Shown here piece by piece: positions 47,601-61,450 of a stretch of 64,000 nt of DNA. Position 1 is the first letter of the stretch; every line of letters starts with the position of its first letter. The stretch lies in NCBI RefSeq assembly GCF_009914755.1, contig NC_060927.1, one strand, 5' to 3'. Source of the DNA: the human T2T-CHM13v2.0 reference genome, Homo sapiens. The notes beneath the pieces were generated by a model that worked only from the letters and a program-made list of their open reading frames with translations, had not been told where the DNA came from and did not search any database. The translations under genes were made by a program, and so were the position numbers.

Positions 47601-50600
47601 ATATCAAACTACCCAAGGTATATATTCTATACTGTACAAAAAATATCAAAGTACCCAAAGCATGTATTATATAATGTACATAAAATATGAAAGTACATCA
47701 AATATATATTTTATTCTGTACATAAAATATCAAAGAACACCAGATATATATTCTATAGTGTACATAAAATATCAAAGTACCCAAACTATACATTATATAC
47801 TGTACATAAAATATGAAATTACATCATATATATATTAGGTACATAAAATATGAAAGTACATCAAATATATATTTTATTCTGTACATAAAATATCAAAGTA
47901 CACCAGATATATATTCTATAGTGTACATAAAATAACAAAGTACACAAACTATAAAATATATACTGTACATAAAATATGAAATTACATCAAATATATATTA
48001 GGTACATAAAATATGAAAGTACATCAAATATAGATTATATACTGTACATATAATATCAATGTACCCGAAATATATATTTTATACTCTACATGAAATATCA
48101 AAGTTCACAAACCATATATTGTATACTGCACATAAAATATCAAAATACACAAGGTATATATTCTATACTGTACAAAAAATATCAAAGTACCCAAAGCAGG
48201 TATTATATACTGTATATAAAATATGAAAGTACATCAAATATATATTTTATTCTGTACATAAAATATCAAAGTACACCAGATATATATTCTATAGTGTACA
48301 TAAAATATCAAGGTACCCAAACTATATATTATATACTGTACATAAAATATGAAATTACAGCAAATATATATTATATTAGGTACATAAAATATGAAAGTAC
48401 ATCAAATATAGATTATATACTGTACATTAAATACCAAAGTACCCCAAATATATATTTTATACTGTACATGAAATATCAAAGTTCACAAACTATATATTAT
48501 ATACTGTAAATAAAATATCAATGTACCCAAGGTATATATTCTATACTGCACAAAAAATATCAAAGTACCCAAAGCATGTATTATATACTGTATATAAAAT
48601 ATGAAAGTACATCAAATATATATTTTATTCTGTACATAAAATATCAAAGTACACCAGATATATATTCTATAGTGTACATAAAATATCAAAGTACCCAAAC
48701 TATACATTATATACTGTACATAAATATGAAATTACATCAAATATATATTATATTAGGTACATAAAATATGAAAGTACATGAAGTATAGATTATATACTGT
48801 ACATAAAATATCAAAGTACCCCAAATTTATATTATATACTATACATGAAATATCAAAGTTCACAAACTATATATTATATACTGTACATAAAATATCAAAG
48901 TACCCAAGGTATATATTCTATAGTGTACAAAAAATATCAAAGTACCCAAAGCATGTATTATATACCGTACATAAAATATAAAATTACATCAAATATATAT
49001 TTTATTCTGTACATAAAATATCAAAGTACACCAGATATATATACTATAGTGTACATAAAATATCAAAGTACCCAAACTATACATTATACACTGTACATAA
49101 AATATGAAATTACATCAAATATATATTAGGTACATAAAATATGAAAGTACATCAAATATAGATTATATACTGTAAATATAATATCAATGTACCCCAAATA
49201 TATATTTTATACTCTACATGAAATATCAAAGTTCACAAACCATATATTATATACTGTACATAAAATATCAAAGTACCCAAGGTATATATTCTATACTGTA
49301 CAAAAAATATCAAAGTACCCAAAGCATGTATTATATACTGTACATAAAATATGAAAGTACATCAAATATATATTTTATTCTGTACATAAAATATCAAAGT
49401 ACACCAGATATATATTCTATAGTGTACATAAAATAACAAAGTACACAAACTATAAATTATATCCTGTACATAAAATATGAAATTACATCAAATATATATT
49501 AGGTACATAAAATATGAAAGTACATCAAATATAGATTATATACTGTACATTAAGTACCAAAGTACACCAAATATATATTTTATTCTGTACATAAAATATC
49601 AAAGTACACCAGATATATATTCTATAGTGTACATAAAATATCAAAGTACCCAAACTATACATTATATACTGTACATAAAATATGAAATTACAGCAAATAT
49701 ATATTATATTAGGTAAATGAAATATGAAAGTACATCAAATATAGATTATATACTGTACATAAAATATGAAAGTACCCCAAATATATATTATATACTCTAC
49801 ATGAAATATCAAAGTTCACAAACTATATATTATATACTGTACATAAAATATCAAAGTACCCAAGGTATATATTCTATACTGTACAAAAAATATCAAAGTA
49901 TCCAAAGCATGTATTATATACTGTATATAAAATATGAAAGTACATCAAATATATATTTTATTCTGTACATAAAATATCAAAGTACACCAGATATATATTC
50001 TATAGTGTACATAAAATATCAAAGTACCCAAACTATACATTATATACTGTACATAAAATATGAAATTACAGCAAATATATATTATATTAGGTACATAAAA
50101 TATGAAAGTACATCAAATATAGATTATATACTCTACATTAAATACCAAAGTACCCCAAATATATATTTTATACTGTATATGAAATATCAAAGTTCACAAA
50201 CTATATATTATATACTGTACATAAAATATCAATGTACCCAAGGTATATATTCTATACTGCACAAAAAATATCAAAGTACCCAAAGCATGTATTATATACT
50301 GTATATAAAATATGAAAGTACATCAAATATATATTTTATTCTGTACATAAAATATCAAAGTACACCAGATATATATTCTATAGTGTACATAAAATATCAA
50401 AGTACCCAAACTATACATTATATACTGTACATAAAATATGAAATTACATCAAATATATATTATATTAGGTACATAAAATACGAAAGTACATCAAATATAG
50501 ATTATATACTGTACATAAAATATGAAAGTACCCCAATATATATTATATACTCTACATGAAATATCAAAGTTTACAAACTATATATTATGTACTGTACATA

Positions 50601-52360
50601 AAATATCAAACTACCCAAGGTATATATTCTATACTGTACAAAAAATATCAAAGTACCCAAAGCATGTATTATATAATGTACATAAAATATGAAAGTACAT
50701 CAAATATATATTTTATTCTGTACATAAAATATCAAAGAACACCAGATATATATTCTATAGTGTACATAAAATATCAAAGTACCCAAACTATACATTATAT
50801 ACTGTACATAAAATATGAAATTACATCAAATATATATTATATTAGGTACATAAAATATGAAAGTACATCAAATATAGATTATATACTGTAAATATAATAT
50901 CAATGTACCCCAAATATATATTTTATACTCTACATGAAATATGAAAGTTCACAAACCATATATTATATACTGTACATAAAATATCAAAGTACCCAAGGTA
51001 TATATTCTATACTGTACAAAAAATATCAAAGTACCCAAAGCATGTATTATATACTATACCTAAAATATGAAAGTACATCAAATATATATTTTATTCTGTA
51101 CATAAAATATCAAAGTACACCAGATATATATTCTACAGTGTACATAAAATATCAAAGTACCCAAACTATACATTATATACTGTACATAAAATATGAAATT
51201 ACATCAAATATATATTATATTAGGTACATAAAATACGAAAGTACATCAAATATAGATTATATACTGTACATAAAATATCAAAGTACCCCAATATATATTA
51301 TATACTGTACATGAAATATCAAAGTTCACAAACTATATATTATGTACTGTACATAAAATATCAAAGTACCCAAGGTATATATTCTATACTGTACAAAAAA
51401 TATCAAAGTACCCAAAGCATGTATTATATAATGTACATAAAATATGAAAGTACATCAAATATATATTTTATTCTGTACATAAAATATCAAAGTACACCAG
51501 ATATATATTCTATAGCGTACATAAAATATCAAAGTACACAAACTATACATTATATACTGTACATAAAATATGAAATTACATCAAATATATATTATATTAG
51601 GTAAATGAAATATGAAAGTACATCAAATATAGATTATATACTGTACATAAAATATGAAAGTACCCCAAATATATATTATATACTCTACATGAAATATCAA
51701 AGTTCACAAACTATATATTATATACTGTACATAAAATATCAAAGTACCCAAGGTATATATTCTATACTGTACAAAAAATATCAAAGTATCCAAAGCATGT
51801 ATTATATACTGTATATAAAATATGAAAGTACATCAAATATATATTTTATTCTGTACATAAAATATCAAAGTACACCAGATATATATTCTATAGCGTACAT
51901 AAAATATCAAAGTACACAAACTATACATTATATACTGTACATAAAATATGAAATTACATCAAATATATATTATATTAGGTACATAAAATATGAAAGTACA
52001 TCAAATATAGATTATATACTGTAAATATAATATCAATGTACCCCAAATATATATTTTATACTCTACATGAAATATCAAAGTTCACAAACCATATATTACA
52101 TACTGTACATAAAATATCAAAGTACCCAAGGTATATATTCTATACTGTACAAAAAATATCAAAGTACCCAAAGCATGTATTATATACTGTACATAAAATA
52201 TGAAAGTACATCAAATATATATTTTATTCTGTACATAAAATATCAAAGTACACCAGATATATATTCTATAGTGTACATAAAATATCAAAGTACCCAAACT
52301 ATACATTATATACTGTACATAAAATATGAAATTACATCAAATATATATTATATTAGGTAA

Positions 52361-55300
52361 ATGAAATATGAAAGTACATCAAATATAGATTATATACTGT
52401 ACATAAAATATGAAAGTACCCCAAATATATATTTTATACTCTACATGAAATATCAAAGTTCACAAACTATATATTATATACTGTACATAAAATATCAAAG
52501 TACCCAAGGTATATATTCTATACTGTACAAAAAATATCAAAGTATCCAAAGCATGTATTATATACTGTATATAAAATATGAAAGTACATCAAATATATAT
52601 TTTATTCTGTACATAAAATATCAAAGTACACCAGATATATATTCTATAGTGTACATAAAATATCAAAGTACCCAAACTATACATTATATACTGTACATAA
52701 AATATGAAATTACAGCAAATATATATTATATTAGGTACATAAAATATGAAAGTACATCAAATATAGATTATATACTCTACATTAAATACCAAAGTACCCC
52801 AAATATATATTTTATACTGTACATGAAATATCAAAGTTCACAAACTATATATTATATACTGTACATAAAATATCAATGTACCCAAGGTATATATTCTATA
52901 CTGCACAAAAAATATCAAAGTACCCAAAGCATGTATTATATACTGTATATAAAATATGAAAGTACATCAAATATATATTTTATTCTGTACATAAAATATC
53001 AAAGTACACCAGATATATATTCTATAGTGTACATAAAATATCAAAGTACCCAAACTATACATTATATACTGTACATAAAATATGAAATTACATCAAATAT
53101 ATATTATATTAGGTTCATAAAATACGAAAGTACATCAAATATAGATTATATACTGTACATAAAATATGAAAGTACCCCAATATATATTATATACTCTACA
53201 TGAAATATCAAAGTTCACAAACTATATATCATGTACTGTACATAAAATATCAAACTACCCAAGGTATATATTCTATACTGTACAAAAAATATCAAAGTAC
53301 CCAAAGCATGTATTATATAATGTACATAAAATATGAAAGTACATCAAATATATATTTTATTCTGTACATAAAATATCAAAGAACACCAGATATATATTCT
53401 ATAGTGTACATAAAATATCAAAGTACCCAAACTATACATTATATACTGTACATAAAATATGAAATTACATCATATATATATTAGGTACATAAAATATGAA
53501 AGTACATCAAATATATATTTTATTCTGTACATAAAATATCAAAGTACACCAGATATATATTCTATAGTGTACATAAAATAACAAAGTACACAAACTATAA
53601 AATATATACTGTACATAAAATATGAAATTACATCAAATATATATTAGGTACATAAAATATGAAAGTACATCAAATATAGATTATATACTGTACATATAAT
53701 ATCAATGTACCCGAAATATATATTTTATACTCTACATGAAATATCAAAGTTCACAAACCATATATTGTATACTGCACATAAAATATCAAAATACACAAGG
53801 TATATATTCTATACTGTACAAAAAATATCAAAGTACCCAAAGCAGGTATTATATACTGTATATAAAATATGAAAGTACATCAAATATATATTTTATTCTG
53901 TACATAAAATATCAAAGTACACCAGATATATATTCTATAGTGTACATAAAATATCAAGGTACCCAAACTATATATTATATACTGTACATAAAATATGAAA
54001 TTACAGCAAATATATATTATATTAGGTACATAAAATATGAAAGTACATCAAATATAGATTATATACTGTACATTAAATACCAAAGTACCCCAAATATATA
54101 TTTTATACTGTACATGAAATATCAAAGTTCACAAACTATATATTATATACTGTAAATAAAATATCAATGTACCCAAGGTATATAATCTATACTGCACAAA
54201 AAATATCAAAGTACCCAAAGCATGTATTATATACTGTATATAAAATATGAAAGTACATCAAATATATATTTTATTCTGTACATAAAATATCAAAGTACAC
54301 CAGATATATATTCTATAGTGTACATAAAATATCAAAGTACCCAAACTATACATTATATACTGTACATAAATATGAAATTACATCAAATATATATTATATT
54401 AGGTACATAAAATATGAAAGTACATGAAGTATAGATTATATACTGTAGATAAAATATCAAAGTACCCCAAATTTATATTATATACTATACATGAAATATC
54501 AAAGTTCACAAACTATATATTATATACTGTACATAAAATATCAAAGTACCCAAGGTATATATTCTATAGTGTACAAAAAATATCAAAGTACCCAAAGCAT
54601 GTATTATATACCGTACATAAAATATAAAATTACATCAAATATATATTTTATTCTGTACATAAAATATCAAAGTACACCAGATATATATACTATAGTGTAC
54701 ATAAAATATCAAAGTACCCAAACTATACATTATACACTGTACATAAAATATGAAATTACATCAAATATATATTAGGTACATAAAATATGAAAGTACATCA
54801 AATATAGATTATATACTGTAAATATAATATCAATGTACCCCAAATATATATTTTATACTCTACATGAAATATCAAAGTTCACAAGCCATATATTATATAC
54901 TGTACATAAAATATCAAAGTACCCAAGGTATATATTCTATACTGTGCAAAAAATATCAAAGTACCCAAAGCATGTATTATATACTGTATATAAAATATGA
55001 AAGTACATCAAATATATATTTTATTCTGTACATAAAATGTCAAAGTACACCAGATATATATTCTATAGTGTACATAAAATAGCAAAGTACCCAAACTATA
55101 CATTATATACTGTACATAAAATATGAAATTACATCAAATATATATTAAGTACATAAAATATGAAAGTACATCAAATATAGATTATATAGTGTACATAAAA
55201 TATCAATGTACACCAAATATATATTATATACTCTACATGAAATATCAAAGTTCACAAACTATATATTATATACTGTCCATAAAATATCAAAGTACCCAAG

Positions 55301-58300
55301 GTATATATTTTATACTGTACAAAAAATATCAAAGTACCCAAAGCATGTATTATATACTATACCTAAAATATGAAAGTACATCAAATATATATTTTATTCT
55401 GTACATAAAATATCAAAGTACACCAGATATATATTCTACAGTGTATATAAAATATCAAAGTACCCAAACTATACATTATATACTGTACATAAAATATGAA
55501 ATTACATCAAATATATATTATATTAGGTACATAAAATATGAAAGTACATGAAGTATAGATTATATACTGTACATAAAATATCAAAGTACCCCAAATTTAT
55601 ATTATATACTATACATGAAATATCAAAGTTCACAAACTATATATTATATACTGTACATAAAATATCAAAGTACCCAAGGTATATATTCTATAGTGTACAA
55701 AAAATATCAAAGTACCCAAAGCATGTATTATATACCGTACGTAAAATATAAAATTACATCAAATATATATTTTATTCTGTACATAAAATATCAAAGTACA
55801 CCAGATATATATACTATAGTGTACATAAAATATCAAAGTACCCAAACTATACATTATACACTGCACATAAAATATGAAATTACATCAAATATATATTAGG
55901 TACATAAAATATGAAAGTACATCAAATATAGATTATATACTGTAAATATAATATCAATGTACCCCAAATATATATTTTATACTCTACATGAAATATCAAA
56001 GTTCACAAACCATATATTATATACTGTACATAAAATATCAAAGTACCCAAGGTATATATTCTATACTGTACAAAAAATATCAAAGTACCCAAAGCATGTA
56101 TTATATACTGTACATAAAATATGAAAGTACATCAAATATATATTTTATTCTGTACATAAAATATCAAAGTACACCAGATATATATTCTATAGTGTACATA
56201 AAATAACAAAGTACACAAACTATAAATTATATCCTGTACATAAAATATGAAATTACATCAAATATATATTAGGTACATAAAATATGAAAGTACATCAAAT
56301 ATAGATTATATACTGTACATTAAGTACCAAAGTACACCAAATATATATTTTATTCTGTACATAAAATATCAAAGTACACCAGATATATATTCTATAGTGT
56401 ACATAAAATATCAAAGTACCCAAACTATACATTATATACTGTACATAAAATATGAAATTACAGCAAATATATATTATATTAGGTAAATGAAATATGAAAG
56501 TACATCAAATATAGATTATATACTGTACATAAAATATGAAAGTACCCCAAATATATATTATATACTCTACATGAAATATCAAAGTTCACAAACTATATAT
56601 TATATACTGTACATAAAATATCAAAGTACCCAAGGTATATATTCTATACTGTACAAAAAATATCAAAGTATCCAAAGCATGTATTATATACTGTATATAA
56701 AATATGAAAGTACATCAAATATATATTTTATTCTGTACATAAAATATCAAAGTACACCAGATATATATTCTATAGTGTACATAAAATATCAAAGTACCCA
56801 AACTATACATTATATACTGTACATAAAATATGAAATTACAGCAAATATATATTATATTAGGTACATAAAATATGAAAGTACATCAAATATAGATTATATA
56901 CTGTACATTAAATACCAAAGTACCCCAAATATATATTTTATACTGTACATGAAATATCAAAGTTCACAAACTATATATTATATACTGTACATAAATTATC
57001 AATGTACCCAAGGTATATATTCTATACTGCACAAAAAATATCAAAGTACCCAAAGCATGTATTATTTACTGTATATAAAATATGAAAGTACATCAAATAT
57101 ATATTTTATTCTGTACATAAAATATCAAAGTACACCAGATATATATTCTATAGTGTACATAAAATATCAAAGTACCCAAACTATACATTATATACTGTAC
57201 ATAAAATATGAAATTACATCAAATATATATTATATTAGGTACATAAAATACGAAAGTACATCAAATATAGATTATATACTGTACATAAAATATGAAAGTA
57301 CCCCAATATATATTATATACTCTACATGAAATATCAAAGTTCACAAACTATATATTATGTACTGTACATAAAATATCAAACTACCCAAGGTATATATTCT
57401 ATACTGTACAAAAAATATCAAAGTACCCAAAGCATGTATTATATAATGTACATAAAATATGAAAGTACATCAAATATATATTTTATTCTGTACATAAAAT
57501 ATCAAAGAACACCAGATATATATTCTATAGTGTACATAAAATATCAAAGTACCCAAACTATACATTATATACTGTACATAAAATATGAAATTACATCATA
57601 TATATATTAGGTACATAAAATATGAAAGTACATCAAATATATATTTTATTCTGTACATAAAATATCAAAGTACACCAGATATATATTCTATAGTGTACAT
57701 AAAATAACAAAGTACACAAACTATAAAATATATACTGTACATAAAATATGAAATTACATCAAATATATATTAGGTACATAAAATATGAAAGTACATCAAA
57801 TATAGATTATATACTGTACATATAATATCAATGTACCCGAAATATATATTTTATACTCTACATGAAATATCAAAGTTCACAAACCATATATTGTATACTG
57901 CACATAAAATATCAAAATACACAAGGTATATATTCTATACTGTACAAAAAATATCAAAGTACCCAAAGCAGGTATTATATACTGTATATAAAATATGAAA
58001 GTACATCAAATATATATTTTATTCTGTACATAAAATATCAAAGTACACCAGATATATATTCTATAGTGTACATAAAATATCAAGGTACCCAAACTATATA
58101 TTATATACTGTACATAAAATATGAAATTACAGCAAATATATATTATATTAGGTACATAAAATATGAAAGTACATCAAATATAGATTATATACTGTACATT
58201 AAATACCAAAGTACCCCAAATATATATTTTATACTGTACATGAAATATCAAAGTTCACAAACTATATATTATATACTGTACATAAAATATCAATGTACCC

Positions 58301-61300
58301 AAGGTATATATTCTATACTGCACAAAAAATATCAAAGTACCCAAAGCATGTATTATATACTGTATATAAAATATGAAAGTACATCAAATATATATTTTAT
58401 TCTGTACATAAAATATCAAAGTACACCAGATATATATTCTATAGTGTACATAAAATATCAAAGTACCCAAACTATACATTATATACTGTACATAAATATG
58501 AAATTACATCAAATATATATTATATTAGGTACATAAAATATGAAAGTACATGAAGTATAGATTATATACTGTAGATAAAATATCAAAGTACCCCAAATTT
58601 ATATTATATACTATACATGAAATATCAAAGTTCACAAACTATATATTATATACTGTACATAAAATATCAAAGTACCCAAGGTATATATTCTATAGTGTAC
58701 AAAAAATATCAAAGTACCCAAAGCATGTATTATATACCGTACATAAAATATAAAATTACATCAAATATATATTTTATTCTGTACATAAAATATCAAAGTA
58801 CACCAGATATATATACTATAGTGTACATAAAATATCAAAGTACCCAAACTATACATTATACACTGTACATAAAATATGAAATTACATCAAATATATATTA
58901 GGTACATAAAATATGAAAGTACATCAAATATAGATTATATACTGTAAATATAATATCAATGTACCCCAAATATATATTTTATACTCTACATGAAATATCA
59001 AAGTTCACAAGCCATATATTATATACTGTACATAAAATATCAAAGTACCCAAGGTATATATTCTATACTGTGCAAAAAATATCAAAGTATCCAAAGCATG
59101 TATTATATACTGTATATAAAATATGAAAGTACATCAAATATATATTTTATTCTGTACATAAAATGTCAAAGTACACCAGATATATATTCTATAGTGTACA
59201 TAAAAAATCAAAGTACCCAAACTATACATTATATACTGTACATAAAATATGAAATTACATCAAATATATATTAAGTACATAAAATATGAAAGTACATCAA
59301 ATATAGATTATATAGTGTACATAAAATATCAATGTACACCAAATATATATTATATACTCTACATGAAATATCAAAGTTCACAAACTATATATTATATACT
59401 GTCCATAAAATATCAAAGTACCCAAGGTATATATTTTATACTGTACAAAAAATATCAAAGTACCCAAAGCATGTATTATATACTATACCTAAAATATGAA
59501 AGTACATCAAATATATATTTTATTCTGTACATAAAATATCAAAGTACACCAGATATATATTCTACAGTGTATATAAAATATCAAAGTACCCAAACTATAC
59601 ATTATATACTGTACATAAAATATGAAATTACATCAAATATATATTATATTAGGTACATAAAATATGAAAGTACATGAAGTATAGATTATATACTGTACAT
59701 AAAATATCAAAGTACCCCAAATTTATATTATATACTATACATGAAATATCAAAGTTCACAAACTATATATTATATACTGTACATAAAATATCAAAGTACC
59801 CAAGGTATATATTCTATAGTGTACAAAAAATATCAAAGTACCCAAAGCATGTATTATATACCGTACGTAAAATATAAAATTACATCAAATATATATTTTA
59901 TTCTGTACATAAAATATCAAAGTACACCAGATATATATACTATAGTGTACATAAAATATCAAAGTACCCAAACTATACATTATACACTGCACATAAAATA
60001 TGAAATTACATCAAATATATATTAGGTACATAAAATATGAAAGTACATCAAATATAGATTATATACTGTAAATATAATATCAATGTACCCCAAATATATA
60101 TTTTATACTCTACATGAAATATCAAAGTTCACAAACCATATATTATATACTGTACATAAAATATCAAAGTACCCAAGGTATATATTCTATACTGTACAAA
60201 AAATATCAAAGTACCCAAAGCATGTATTATATACTGTACATAAAATATGAAAGTACATCAAATATATATTTTATTCTGTACATAAAATATCAAAGTACAC
60301 CAGATATATATTCTATAGTGTACATAAAATAACAAAGTACACAAACTATAAATTATATCCTGTACATAAAATATGAAATTACATCAAATATATATTAGGT
60401 ACATAAAATATGAAAGTACATCAAATATAGATTATATACTGTACATTAAGTACCAAAGTACACCAAATATATATTTTATTCTGTACATAAAATATCAAAG
60501 TACACCAGATATATATTCTATAGTGTACATAAAATATCAAAGTACCCAAACTATACATTATATACTGTACATAAAATATGAAATTACAGCAAATATATAT
60601 TATATTAGGTAAATGAAATATGAAAGTACATCAAATATAGATTATATACTGTACATAAAATATGAAAGTACCCCAAATATATATTATATACTCTACATGA
60701 AATATCAAAGTTCACAAACTATATATTATATACTGTACATAAAATATCAAAGTACCCAAGGTATATATTCTATACTGTACAAAAAATATCAAAGTATCCA
60801 AAGCATGTATTATATACTGTATATAAAATATGAAAGTACATCAAATATATATTTTATTCTGTACATAAAATATCAAAGTACACCAGATATATATTCTATA
60901 GTGTACATAAAATATCAAAGTACCCAAACTATACATTATATACTGTACATAAAATATGAAATTACAGCAAATATATATTATATTAGGTACATAAAATATG
61001 AAAGTACATCAAATATAGATTATATACTCTACATTAAATACCAAAGTACCCCAAATATATATTTTATACTGTACATGAAATATCAAAGTTCACAAACTAT
61101 ATATTATATACTGTACATAAAATATCAATGTACCCAAGGTATATATTCTATACTGCACAAAAAATATCAAAGTACCCAAAGCATGTATTATATACTGTAT
61201 ATAAAATATGAAAGTACATCAAATATATATTTTATTCTGTACATAAAATATCAAAGTACACCAGATATATATTCTATAGTGTACATAAAATATCAAAGTA

Positions 61301-61450
61301 CCCAAACTATACATTATATACTGTACATAAAATATGAAATTACATCAAATATATATTATATTAGGTACATAAAATACGAAAGTACATCAAATATAGATTA
61401 TATACTGTACATAAAATATGAAAGTACCCCAATATATATTATATACTCTA
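52361..61450 (+). repeat. Tandem duplication with 4126-bp period (10 HOR units, ~2.2 copies)
   Basis: Pairs 53200/57326, 53736/57862, 54424/58550, 54864/58990, 55123/59249, 55988/60114 and 56487/60613. Private markers caagccata, ctgtgcaaaa, aaatgtcaaa and gtagat (54445/58571). Confidence 0.88.
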
